A stretch of 64,000 nt of DNA from Amoebidium appalachense (GCA_963693365.1 CAVNZM010000009.1:576963-640962), one strand, 5' to 3'; positions 1 through 25,271 are shown, counted from the first letter of the stretch. Numbers and translations: made by a program. The notes: generated from the sequence alone by a model not told the origin.

Positions 1-3120
<3,120 letters not shown>

Positions 3121-3849
3121 GTGTCAGTGGTTATGGGCTGTATGCATATGGCCTTGATGCTGTGCTGACCTGGGGACTTGTGATGGTTTCTATTGTCTTG
3201 GGGGTTGGGTGTGAGTGTGCATGTGTGTGAGTGCGTGTTAAATACTGTATGTGCGGTCATGCAGCCTTGTGGCGCAGTGGTGGCGTCAACCGTGAAGGGG
3301 CATTGCTTGTTTTTTTCGTGGCTTCCTTGGACTTACTTCTTTCTTTCTCTTTTCTTTTCTTTTCGTTTTTTTGTGGGGGGGGGGGGGGGGGGGAAGGGGG
3401 GGGGGAAGGGGGGAGGGCAGGGGGGTACTAGAGTTAGTTTCGTTCACTTCGTTTGTATTTTCGATTCTCACGTTAAGGTCGTTTAATGCTCACACATGAA
3501 CAGAGGCGCTAGACCATGGTCACTACACACACACACACGCGCGCGCGCGCGCGCGCGCGCACGCACGCACGCACACTTGCACATGTATGAGCGTGCACGC
3601 ACACACACAGACACATATGCACACGCTCTACAGCACATTCACACAGTCACCACACACTTACGCAACCCGGAGCCACAATCTGCTGCATCAAGTGCGGGTG
3701 CAACACATACGTGCTCAGACATAGGTGTAGGCACACACGCTCTGCACACACACAATTTGGCATGTGCATGAGAGCTGAGGGGTAGCATGAGTGAATAAAT
3801 GCTCGTTTTAGGGGAGTCACCAGGGGGGTGTGGTGGGCCGAGGTTAGGG

Positions 3850-4115
3850 GGGTGACAGCTAGCCAATATGCGTCATCTACATATCTGGCTCCTGTGATCA
3901 CAAGGCGCATGAAATATGCCTGCTCCCGTAGGGAGATGATCATGATTTTGCTCACTGTGTGCACATACTACCAACGCATGTGGGGCACTAGTGGGAGAGC
4001 CCATAGGGATTCCTACCAACTGTCGTATGATTTGGTCGGTGCCTACCAGAAACAGAGCGTGCTGTAGATCGAATTTTACTATCTCGTGGATTTGGCTGAG
4101 AGTGATTCGAACATA
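3850..4115 (-). mobile_element. Degenerate reverse-transcriptase fragment, Penelope-like element type
   Basis: Minus strand reads ...IRQLVGIPMGSPTS (RT motif B', QxxGxPMGSPxS), then after a frameshift GARYVDDAYW (catalytic YxDD). The GxPMGSPxS + RYVDD combination is typical of Penelope-like RTs. Confidence 0.65.
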
Positions 4116-4351
4116 GTGTGTGTGTATGTGTGTTGTGTGTTTGTGTGTGCGTGCCGCGCGCGCGCGAGTGCGTGTGCGTGTGTGTGTGTGCATGCGTGCG
4201 CGCGCACGTGTGTGCGGTGTGTGTCCTGCACGGTTTGCCTATGTCCTGGCTGCTAGGGAAGTCGCAATTAACGGCAGTTTGATGTGGCGCATGCACAGTG
4301 TCACGTCTCCCTCATATCTCACCCCACCCACCCATTTGAGCTCCCAACCCA

Positions 4352-4390
<39 letters not shown>

Positions 4391-4537
4391 CTTTACCTCA
4401 ATCCCAGCTATCACATCGTCCGTATCGTTGCATCCAGCACACCTTTCTTCCCACCACCACACCCATACACCGGGCTCATGTGAAGTATTGCAGCATGGTG
4501 CACATGTGCGAGTGTTTTGACCAGATGTGTGTGCCGG

Positions 4538-5196
4538 GTGGACAACCCCTATGCCAAGTTCGTGATGATCTACGACAGACAGGGCAGCCACGTGCGCACC
4601 TCCCACATGGGCATGTACAAGCGTGTGGTTCGCTTCGTGCAAATTATTCCCCCTGCCTTTGCATGTGTCCTGCACCATGCTTCTCGTCGTGTATGCTTAC
4701 TTCGTACCGTGTTCCGCATTCAAACCCCCCCAGTCTTCTTTCAGAGGTGTCCTTTCAGGACAGACCACTGTGTGGAGACCGCTTTACTTCCATGCAACCG
4801 GGCATGGTTGCTCTGTGTCGTGCATCTGTAAGCACATACGCATTTTTCGCTGCACTGCATTAGTTTGCACACACATCTTCACCGTTTTGCTCACCTTGCT
4901 TGCATAGGCAACCCTGCTCGTCTTTGATCAAGACGGGTTGACCCGCCCAAGTTCAGTTGATGCTGCTGTCTGAGTTGGAGTGTCGTATATACGCGGGCTA
5001 AGGGGTCGAAACTCAGACGCAATTGATGACTTGGGTCCTCCCTGAGGATGGGCTCTGCTTATGACGCATACTGTGCACATGGCTGATGTTGCACACTTGA
5101 ATGTCCATGATGCTTCTCGTCGTGTATGCGTACTTCGTACCGTGTTCCGCATTCAACCCCCCCCCCCCCCCCCCCCTCCTCCTCCTCCCCAACACA

Positions 5197-5249
<53 letters not shown>

Positions 5250-5632
5250 ACGCACACACACACACACACACACACAACACACACAGCGTGAGGCACTCAA
5301 GCACCCGTGTTTCTGGTCTTGCCTCCATTTTGTTCTTTGTGTTGTGCATAGGGTTTGGCTTCTGCTTTCAGTTCTCTTCCTGCTGCCGGACTGATGTGTT
5401 GTGATAGGGTCTTGCATAGGTTGACATCCTCCCCCCTCCCCCCCCCCCCCCCCCCCTGCCCCCCCCCCCCCTCCTCCTCCTCCTCTTCCCCCCTCCCCCC
5501 CCATCCACCCATCCAAGCACACGCACATAAGCGCACACAAATGTTCGCTCATTCAGACACAAACACAAAATAAATCGTCCACAATCACACACACGCGTGC
5601 GCGCGCATGCGCGTACGCACGCGTGCGCGCGC

Positions 5633-5672
<40 letters not shown>

Positions 5673-6273
5673 GCATGTTACGGAGCTGCAGGTGCACCGC
5701 ATCTACGTGATCAACAGCAACCACGTGTTCCGCTATGGAGTGATGCTACTTAGAGACATTATGTCCCGCCGCTTCCGACTGATTTTTCGCATCCTGGATA
5801 ATGAGGTGTGTTGACAGTCAATTGACAAAGGAGGGTTTTTTTTTTAACTCCTCCCCCCCGGGTGTCGAACGTGTGTCGCAATGTTGTGTGACATGTTTGG
5901 GTCGTTTGGTTGTTCAGATGGTGAGTGGAGTTGGGGGTGGGGGCAGTGGGTGAGTGGGTGGTATTGTTTCTGTTTCTTTACTCTCTCTTTATTTTTCTTC
6001 GTGTTATTTTTTGAGAAAAGGTGGGGCTCTGCGCGCGTGCGCGTGTGTGTGTGTGTGCGTTCATGTGTGCGTGCGTGCATGCGTGCGTGCATGCGTGCGT
6101 TGGTGGTGGTGGGGAGGGGAGGGGGGGGGGGGGGGGGTTGATAGTGATGGATTATTTCGATGCAGACGTGGCAGTCGCAGCTTGTGGCCGAGTTTGGGCG
6201 GGAAAACCTCAAACCAGACCTGGGGGGCACCAGCGTGCCCGTCACGGACGAAGAGAGCATCATCGTGGCTTAG
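4538..6273 (+). pseudogene. Orphan 3' exons of a Sec14/CRAL-TRIO paralogue of the 13841-24961 gene
   Basis: ~4538-4643 VDNPYAKFVMIYDRQGSHVRTSHMGMYKRVVRFVQ; 5672-5805 VHVTELQVHRIYVINSNHVFRYGVMLLRDIMSRRFRLIFRILDNE; 6166-6273 TWQSQLVAEFGRENLKPDLGGTSVPVTDEESIIVA*. These match exons 15-17 of the downstream gene, with the same phases for the last two exons. The first exon has CG where the acceptor AG should be and has no donor. Confidence 0.8.
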
Positions 6274-6393
6274 GTGCCATATGCAGGGTCCGGTTGTCGT
6301 CACACTGTGATACCCCTTGCACTTGTTGCATCTACTGCACGTCCAACCTGGGGAGGGGGTGGGTGGGGGATGGAGGGGGGGGGGGGGGGGGGG

Positions 6394-7158
6394 TGTTGGA
6401 GTACACTGGTACTCCCGGCTAGCAATGTCTGTTAGAGAAAGTTTCTGAGCAATTGAATAACTGTTTCAACACTCACTCGAGTGCATAGAGCTTTTGTTTA
6501 CGGTCATATTCATATATGGTAGTTATATGTTTGAGCCAAAACTGTACCAATGACGAGCTTCACTAGCAACGTGCTAATTGTGCTCATTAATTAATATTCC
6601 CGGTTCAGATGATGTCATGTCTATATTTGCCACAGGATTCTATTCTTAGAGTGGTAGTGTGCTTTATTCCCGGATATTCTCAGAATATTTTTAGTTGTGT
6701 GAAGCAAGATTTACGTTTAACTGCAATTGGTGTGTTAAACACGTTTATTTGTGTGCTTTAGTGCAAGTTAACTAGCCACTCAACGTGCACAGTTAACTTT
6801 TATATCTTTAACGACTTGTTTTCATTGTGCTCTCTTTTCGGCCATGCTGTACATGGCCCACCACCAGGGTGCACACGAGGCCACCATGAGGTGGCCAACG
6901 ACTATATAAAGCAGTGCCTCCCATGTCACAAACATGGGAAGCAGAACGTTTGATTTACACTTTTCTACTGTCGTTTCCAGTGCACAAAACACATAGACTA
7001 GTTACCCATCATACACGACACTATGTCTGACAACTTACAGTTGCAGCAACTAGTCCAACTACTGGAGCAGAGGTTGGCCTCACAAGATGCAATCATTTCT
7101 GACTTACAGAAGGAACAACGTGCACTAGAACTAGCTTCTATGAACACAATGTCCAACA
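6394..7158 (+). repeat. 5' LTR
   Basis: TG...CA ends with a 7-bp terminal inverted repeat TGTTGGA/TCCAACA. TATATAAA at ~6903-6910. No difference from 11507-12271 seen by eye. Confidence 0.97.
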
Positions 7159-8231
7159 GGGTTATGGGCCCCTCACGTAATGATTCCATCAAGTTCAAGG
7201 TCGACATCCCTCTCTTCACTGGCATTGATAATGATTCAGGCACGGACTACCACACATGGGCCGAAACCATGTATGTCCAGCTTTCTGGTGCTGGTCTTCT
7301 CCACACCATCGCGCCCAGTACGGAGCACCCGGCTACCCGTGAACAGGTCGACACTGCCCGTTCCTACCTGTGGCAAGCACTCTCGATTGACGTGCGTTGT
7401 ATCCTAGGGTTAACACGCACCACCACACCTGCGGAGATATGGTCGGCCCTATCTGCCCACTACCTGGAGCAATCTGAGGCCAATCAGTACGACCTTATCG
7501 GGCTGTACATGAATTCTACGCCTGAACCTACGGACACCGCGACGAAATACGCCATGAAACTCCGCGGCTACGTGCGGCGCCTGGCCGATTACGGCACACA
7601 AATTGGTGATGCTCAAGTGCTGACCAAGCTCACCAACGACCTCGGCAAGGTGCCTTACTACGAAATGCCTGTAATTGCCTACAAGATGACACCCAAGCCT
7701 ACCGTGATGGGCCTCCTCCAACAGCTACGGGCATATGAGACCAGCCACCCACGTGCACGTGTGACTACCAGCTCCGGGCCGGCCGCCTTCACCACACGGG
7801 CTCCTCAACCTGTCATCTGCCACGGCTGCGGCAAACCAGGCCACATCAAGTCTCAGTGCCCCAACGGCAACGGCCAACACAGCAACTCTGGCAACAACCG
7901 TGCCAGCACCTACCCCAAGGGTTCCTGCGTCAACCACCCACTGTCTACCAGTCACACTACCGCCATGTGCAAGGGGGGCAACCGTGCCAACGGCCGCAAA
8001 CCTAAGGGTGGTCCCCTCCTGCCTGGGTCCTGCATCAACCACCCTGCCTCTACTACCCACACTACGGCACAGTGCAAGGGGGGGCTGCCGCTCCCCGGGC
8101 TTTCCTCATGTCTAGCAACGACTGTGGCACCAACAAGGTGCTCCTCGACTCTGGAGCCACTGACCATGTGTGCCCCCGGCCCGATGTGTTCATCAACATG
8201 CGTGCGGCGCCTTACTCCACGGTCCAAGTAG
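7023..8231 (+). CDS. gag: Copia Gag (starts inside the 5' LTR)
   Basis: 402-aa ORF with a copia gag-like core (DYHTWAETM...A.EIWSALSAHY), a CCHC knuckle (CHGCGKPGHIKSQC) and two CxxHx5Hx4C repeats. Confidence 0.9.
   Translation: MSDNLQLQQLVQLLEQRLASQDAIISDLQKEQRALELASMNTMSNRVMGPSRNDSIKFKVDIPLFTGIDNDSGTDYHTWAETMYVQLSGAGLLHTIAPSTEHPATREQVDTARSYLWQALSIDVRCILGLTRTTTPAEIWSALSAHYLEQSEANQYDLIGLYMNSTPEPTDTATKYAMKLRGYVRRLADYGTQIGDAQVLTKLTNDLGKVPYYEMPVIAYKMTPKPTVMGLLQQLRAYETSHPRARVTTSSGPAAFTTRAPQPVICHGCGKPGHIKSQCPNGNGQHSNSGNNRASTYPKGSCVNHPLSTSHTTAMCKGGNRANGRKPKGGPLLPGSCINHPASTTHTTAQCKGGLPLPGLSSCLATTVAPTRCSSTLEPLTMCAPGPMCSSTCVRRLTPRSK
7159..7177 (+). promoter_or_regulatory. Primer-binding site complementary to the anticodon arm of initiator tRNA-Met
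   Basis: GGGTTATGGGCCCCTCACG lies immediately after the 5' LTR. It has the same GGTTATGGGCCC core as Drosophila copia/Ty5-type elements primed by a tRNAi-Met half. Confidence 0.85.
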
Positions 8232-11200
8232 CCGACAAGGGTGCATGTGCAGTGCTTGGGGTGGGCGACGTGTTCTTTTCCAGCACCATCGACGGCGTTA
8301 CTGCGGTGCATCAGCTGACGGATGTACTCTACGTGCCCTCCATCCCCGACACTCTCATCAGTGTGTTCACGGCAACTACCAACGGTGTTTTACCCCGCTT
8401 TGACACCCGCGGCGGCGTTAAGTTGTGCTACGGCGATCAAATTCTGGCCACCGGCTCGGCTGTCGGCACCAAGCTGTACCACATGGCGGTGTCTCTTCTG
8501 CGCGCGGACACAACCCCGGACGCCCAAACCACCACTGCTCCGCGTATCCTCAAGGTTACTGCCGACCTCAACACGTGGCACTACCGTCTGGGCCATGCTG
8601 GCATTGACGCTGTACGCTCGGTCATCAAGTCTGCAGGCCTGTTGGTGGGTGGCGGTGCCAAGTCTCCGGGTGTGTGTGAGCCCTGTGCCCTCGGCAAAGC
8701 CCACCGTGTTGCCTTCTCCGAATCAACTAGCCAAGCTCCCCGGGTCCTAGCCAAGGTTCACAGCGACATCAGCGGCCCCTTCCCTCCCGCGATCGGTGGT
8801 GCTCAGTACTTGGCGACGTTCCACGACGAATTCACCGGCCACACCACGGCCGTGCCCCTCGTCAAGAAGTCGGACACACTGGCTGCATATGTGACGTACC
8901 ACAAGGCGGCGGTTACCCAACACGGTGTTCCCATGCAGGTGTTTCAGTCCGACGGGGGGGGCGAGTACATGGGCACGGCCTTCGGGGACTACAACCGTGA
9001 GCATGGCATTCGCCATCAGATCACTACCACCGGCTCTCCTCAACAGAATGGGACTGCCGAACGACTGAACCGGACCCTCCTCGACATGGTTCGGGCACTC
9101 CTGCAGCAGTCCGGCCTTCCGGTGGGATTCTGGGCCGAGGCAGCTGTGACCGCGGCTTTTATACGCAACATGCTCCCGTCGCGAGCCACCGGCAGCCAAT
9201 CGTCTCCCGCCCTGCTGTGGACCGGCATTCCTCCCGACTACAGCCGGCTCCGTGTCTGGGGCTCTCCCTGCTACGTCCATCAACAGGATACACCGAAACT
9301 GGCGCCTCGTGCCGTCAAGGGCATCTTCGTGGGCTACCCTCCTAACATCAAGGGCTACAAGGTCTGGATTCCAGCAGCACACAAGATGACCGTCAGCCGT
9401 GACGTGCAGTTCGACGAGGCTGCTATTCTGCACCCCCTCCGTGATGTCCCATCTGATTGGTCGACCGCACCGGCAATTCATCATTTTTTGGAGTCATCTG
9501 ATTCGTCAAATCAGCCAGCCAATCACATCGTCCGGAATGATCAGCAATCTGATTCGTCTCGTCTGTCAGCCAATGGGACAGCGCCGAGTGATCAATTGGA
9601 CATTCCGATCCTGCCCGAGCCTGCACATCGGCTCCCCCGGACGACCCGTAGTGGCGCTGTGTACAACGACCAACGTCGAGGCCCGACTGCCAACGTGGCT
9701 GCTGCTACGGCCCCCCTTGCCCCCCAGGCTACGGCTCCTGCATCAACACCCATCAAGGCTTCCACCATTGTTGTCCCCAAGACTGTCCGGGCTGCACTCA
9801 AGAGTCCCCAGCGTCTGAAATGGGAGGAGGCTGCACACCGTGAGCTCAAGGCCCTGGAAGACAACGGCACCTTCACCCTTGTGCCCCGTCCAGAGGATGG
9901 CTCCACTGTCATTCCGGTCGGCTGGGTCTTTACGGTCAAGCAGGACAACGTCGGCAACGTCACTGCTTTCAAGGCCCGGCTTGTGGCCCGGGGCAACTAC
10001 CAGCAGCCTGGCCAGGACTATTTCGTCACCGAGTCACCTGTGGCTGCGCTGGCTACCATCCGGCTGGTTTTGGCTACCTCCGTGGCCCAAGGTCTGCCTC
10101 TGCGCCACATCGACGTCAACACAGCATTCCTCAACGGCACCGTCAACGAGACCATCTACATTGAGCAGCCCCCTGGCTTCGTCAACCCCTCGGCCCCCCA
10201 TGCTGTCGGCTTGCTCCACAAGGCGCTCTACGGCCTAAAACAGGCACCGCGCCAGTGGTATGAGGCCCTCCGTGACCATCTCCTCGACCAAGGCTTCATT
10301 GTGAGTGCTGCTGACCCGTGCCTGTTCATCAAGAATGCCGGGACCCCAACATTTATTGCCCTTGCTGCCTACGTGGATGACTTCACCGTGACGGCCGCCA
10401 CTGATGCGCTCATCGACGATTTTTTCACCAAGCTGGATGCTCGTTTCTCTGCCAAGGACCTGGGTCGTCCTACCCTGCTCATCGGGCACACTCTTACCTG
10501 GCTGGAGGACGGGTCTCTGCGTCTGGGCCATCGTCAACACATCATCGACTTGGCTGCCCGTTTTCGTCTCACCCACATGTCCGGCACCAAGACCCCCATC
10601 GTCCCGGGCCAGGCCAGTGAAAGCAACAAGACCCCAGCCTACAGCAAGAAGGAGGACTATGCCAGCCTGGTCGGTGCCCTGCTGTGGATTGCGCGTACCA
10701 CCCGCCCCGACATTTCCCAGGCTCTGGGAGTCCTTACTCGACACATTCATGCGCCCACCGTCACCCACTGGACTATGGCTACCAGAGTTGTAAGCTACCT
10801 GCTGGCCACCATCGACCTGGGTATTGTCTACCGTCCCGGCCCCCCCAACCTTGTTGGCTACTCCGACTCCGACTACGCCGAGGACCGCGACACCCGGCGC
10901 TCCACCACGGGCTATGTCTTCTTCATAAACTCCTCCCCTGTGTCCTGGGTGTCTCGGCTCCAGTCCATCACCACCCACAGCTCCACTGAGGCTGAATTTG
11001 TGGCCATGTCTGCTGCTACGAACGAGGCCCTATGGCTCAACTATGTGATGGACGACCTGGGCCTTAATCCTATCAATGAGCCCACCCCGGTGCCCATCCA
11101 TGGGGACAATGAGTCTGCCCGGGCCCTGCTGGACACCCTGGGGGTTAAGCCCAAGACCAAGCACATCGACGTCCGCTACTGCTCCGTCAAGGAACATCAC

Positions 11201-11320
11201 CTGCTGGGCAACATCACTGTGGTCCCGGTGGCTTCTGCTGACAACAAGGCCGACATGTTCACCAAGGCCCTGTCTGCCTCTTTCTTCACCAAGGCCGTGG
11301 GGATGCTCAACATGTGCTGA
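8072..11320 (+). CDS. pol: Copia Pol polyprotein (protease, integrase, reverse transcriptase, RNase H)
   Basis: LLDSGATDH protease; WHYRLGH...CEPC zinc region; HSDISG / SDGGGEY / NGTAERLNRT integrase core; YVDD RT; YSDSDYA...KHIDVRY RNase H. No internal stops over 1082 aa. Confidence 0.97.
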   Translation: MQGGAAAPRAFLMSSNDCGTNKVLLDSGATDHVCPRPDVFINMRAAPYSTVQVADKGACAVLGVGDVFFSSTIDGVTAVHQLTDVLYVPSIPDTLISVFTATTNGVLPRFDTRGGVKLCYGDQILATGSAVGTKLYHMAVSLLRADTTPDAQTTTAPRILKVTADLNTWHYRLGHAGIDAVRSVIKSAGLLVGGGAKSPGVCEPCALGKAHRVAFSESTSQAPRVLAKVHSDISGPFPPAIGGAQYLATFHDEFTGHTTAVPLVKKSDTLAAYVTYHKAAVTQHGVPMQVFQSDGGGEYMGTAFGDYNREHGIRHQITTTGSPQQNGTAERLNRTLLDMVRALLQQSGLPVGFWAEAAVTAAFIRNMLPSRATGSQSSPALLWTGIPPDYSRLRVWGSPCYVHQQDTPKLAPRAVKGIFVGYPPNIKGYKVWIPAAHKMTVSRDVQFDEAAILHPLRDVPSDWSTAPAIHHFLESSDSSNQPANHIVRNDQQSDSSRLSANGTAPSDQLDIPILPEPAHRLPRTTRSGAVYNDQRRGPTANVAAATAPLAPQATAPASTPIKASTIVVPKTVRAALKSPQRLKWEEAAHRELKALEDNGTFTLVPRPEDGSTVIPVGWVFTVKQDNVGNVTAFKARLVARGNYQQPGQDYFVTESPVAALATIRLVLATSVAQGLPLRHIDVNTAFLNGTVNETIYIEQPPGFVNPSAPHAVGLLHKALYGLKQAPRQWYEALRDHLLDQGFIVSAADPCLFIKNAGTPTFIALAAYVDDFTVTAATDALIDDFFTKLDARFSAKDLGRPTLLIGHTLTWLEDGSLRLGHRQHIIDLAARFRLTHMSGTKTPIVPGQASESNKTPAYSKKEDYASLVGALLWIARTTRPDISQALGVLTRHIHAPTVTHWTMATRVVSYLLATIDLGIVYRPGPPNLVGYSDSDYAEDRDTRRSTTGYVFFINSSPVSWVSRLQSITTHSSTEAEFVAMSAATNEALWLNYVMDDLGLNPINEPTPVPIHGDNESARALLDTLGVKPKTKHIDVRYCSVKEHHLLGNITVVPVASADNKADMFTKALSASFFTKAVGMLNMC

Positions 11321-11493
11321 GCACCCGTCATCAACCAACTGCGCCCTCATACTTCAGGGGGGGGGAGAGAGTTGCATCCGACTGTGCAACTACGTGTACC
11401 ATACTAAAATTGAGTAGGGGAATCTTTATTGTCTGTATTTTGTGCACCTGAAGCACTCGAGCTCAGTTGCATTAATTCATACCACAATTATCC

Positions 11494-11506
11494 AATTGAG
11501 TAGGGG
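11494..11506 (+). promoter_or_regulatory. Polypurine tract (plus-strand primer)
   Basis: AATTGAGTAGGGG directly abuts the 3' LTR. Confidence 0.75.
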
Positions 11507-12271
11507 TGTTGGAGTACACTGGTACTCCCGGCTAGCAATGTCTGTTAGAGAAAGTTTCTGAGCAATTGAATAACTGTTTCAACACTCACTCGAGTGCATA
11601 GAGCTTTTGTTTACGGTCATATTCATATATGGTAGTTATATGTTTGAGCCAAAACTGTACCAATGACGAGCTTCACTAGCAACGTGCTAATTGTGCTCAT
11701 TAATTAATATTCCCGGTTCAGATGATGTCATGTCTATATTTGCCACAGGATTCTATTCTTAGAGTGGTAGTGTGCTTTATTCCCGGATATTCTCAGAATA
11801 TTTTTAGTTGTGTGAAGCAAGATTTACGTTTAACTGCAATTGGTGTGTTAAACACGTTTATTTGTGTGCTTTAGTGCAAGTTAACTAGCCACTCAACGTG
11901 CACAGTTAACTTTTATATCTTTAACGACTTGTTTTCATTGTGCTCTCTTTTCGGCCATGCTGTACATGGCCCACCACCAGGGTGCACACGAGGCCACCAT
12001 GAGGTGGCCAACGACTATATAAAGCAGTGCCTCCCATGTCACAAACATGGGAAGCAGAACGTTTGATTTACACTTTTCTACTGTCGTTTCCAGTGCACAA
12101 AACACATAGACTAGTTACCCATCATACACGACACTATGTCTGACAACTTACAGTTGCAGCAACTAGTCCAACTACTGGAGCAGAGGTTGGCCTCACAAGA
12201 TGCAATCATTTCTGACTTACAGAAGGAACAACGTGCACTAGAACTAGCTTCTATGAACACAATGTCCAACA
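11507..12271 (+). repeat. 3' LTR
   Basis: 765-bp copy of 6394-7158, followed by a G13 run. Confidence 0.97.
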
Positions 12272-13840
12272 GGGGGGGGGGGGGATGTTTTTTCCATTAT
12301 TGAATCGATGACTGGTAGGAACACACGAAGGGTCAAAACAAAATCAAGGTTTATTGAAATTTTATATTTGCTGAGTCACCATGCAATGAAAATGCTTGGC
12401 TTGCCCTGTATTAGCACGGATAGAGGAGTGCCTTAAATCAGTGTCTGCTTTAGTGTGCCCATGCATTGTGGATAATATTGCGTCTTCCGGAACCCATGCA
12501 TGTCCTTCACATGTGTTCCGTACGTTTATAACTTACGTTTGTTTACCTACATTTTACTCTTGTGGCCACTGTGCGTGCACACACACACACACATATATAC
12601 ACACACACACAGACAGACACGCACGCGCGGGCGGGCGCGCACACACGCACACACACACACACACACACACAAATGTAGCACGATGAATGCTTGTCAATAT
12701 CCGTTGTATTTTATATCAGTAATTGCAAGTGCCTGCTTGTATCTCTTAGTTCATCTTCTCTGTTTATGGTACATATTTTCTTGTACAATTATCATGTCTT
12801 TTCCTCTGTTTCAAGTCAAATACTGTAAATATTACAACCCGTCACAGTCTGACCGTGATAAACTTACACGAAAAAACTTACTTTTCACGTGAGGTGTACA
12901 CTCGAGGCAGTCAGCATGCCTGTATGTATATGTGCACATACCTGAATGTGGTTATATCACGGAACTGACCACGAAAATATGCACATGGCTCTAGCGAAGT
13001 GAAACGTGATTGGCGAACGACAAAAGCCTTTTTAAGATTACCCGTGCATTTTTATCATGACTCATTCACGGTGGACATGCATGCGCATGCTAACCATTGT
13101 AACCAATTCTTGTAACATGTAACACAAAGCCGTGTATCTACTATATTGTAGTGCCTTTCGAACATTGTTTGCAAAAGAATCTTTATTTTTAGTTTTTTTT
13201 CTTCGTCTTTTGTGTTTGTGGGATTGTTCGGTTTTGGCGCCAGAAAGTAACACTAACATAGCTACTCAATGAATAGATTTATTCATTTTATCCTGGGTAG
13301 ATCTGCATTCCAAAATAAAAACCCTATGATTCGCTCAGTTCAGTTTGCCTGCCTAAGTGCTAAGTCTGAGTTTTTATAGTCAGTTTTTTCATTCACTTTC
13401 AGGCTTGAAGACGTCCTGCTAGCTTGTCCTGCTACCAAACAGAACACTAAAAACACTCAGGCTTAGGAACTAGATCTGAGGTCTAATGGCCTACAAAAGT
13501 GGCACACTCAGAGCTGGGTGTGGCTCTTCTAGAGCATGTGCACGGCTCCGCGGGACGGATAAAAGGCTAGTGTTTGTGTAGAAACAGAACGTTAAAACAT
13601 GGAGACGAGCTAGTCTAGTCACCTGGTTGTCAGTTGATTGGCCCATCAGGGCACAACCCTCCCGTTTCACTTTTACCATTGAAGCTCCTCCCCTCTATAC
13701 ACTGCAACAGCAATCAATATTTGCGAACAGCCGCAACATTAACCAAGACGTTTCTTTTTTATACAAGTACACACACCCCAACACACAGACGCACAAACAC
13801 AAACGCTTTCGCAAGCCCAACCCGGCGCACCACCAACACG

Positions 13841-24961
<11,121 letters not shown>

Positions 24962-24973
24962 AACTGCCCTGCA

Positions 24974-25025
<52 letters not shown>

Positions 25026-25237
25026 GATACCTATGTATGTGTGGTAGTAAGCAACATATGATACACGCATGCCCGCTCACTCAAGCAGCACACACGGAGA
25101 GGCACACATGTACATATGGCGCACACAGCCATACGTGGACACGTTCGTTCATGCACATACACACATGCGCGCGCCCGCACACAGGCACACATAGACAGAC
25201 ACACGCACACACCTACCCCCCACGCACACCCACACAG

Positions 25238-25271
<34 letters not shown>

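Larger units (their letters stand above)
6394..12271 (+). mobile_element. Full-length Ty1/copia LTR retrotransposon (Hemivirus-like, tRNA-half primed)
   Basis: Two 765-bp LTRs (TGTTGGA...TCCAACA), PBS, gag, pol in the order PR-IN-RT-RH, PPT, and GGGGG flanks on both sides. Confidence 0.98.

Noticed and set aside
8747-11350. Antisense ORFs over pol
   Set aside because: Shadows of GC3-rich codon usage; no motifs.
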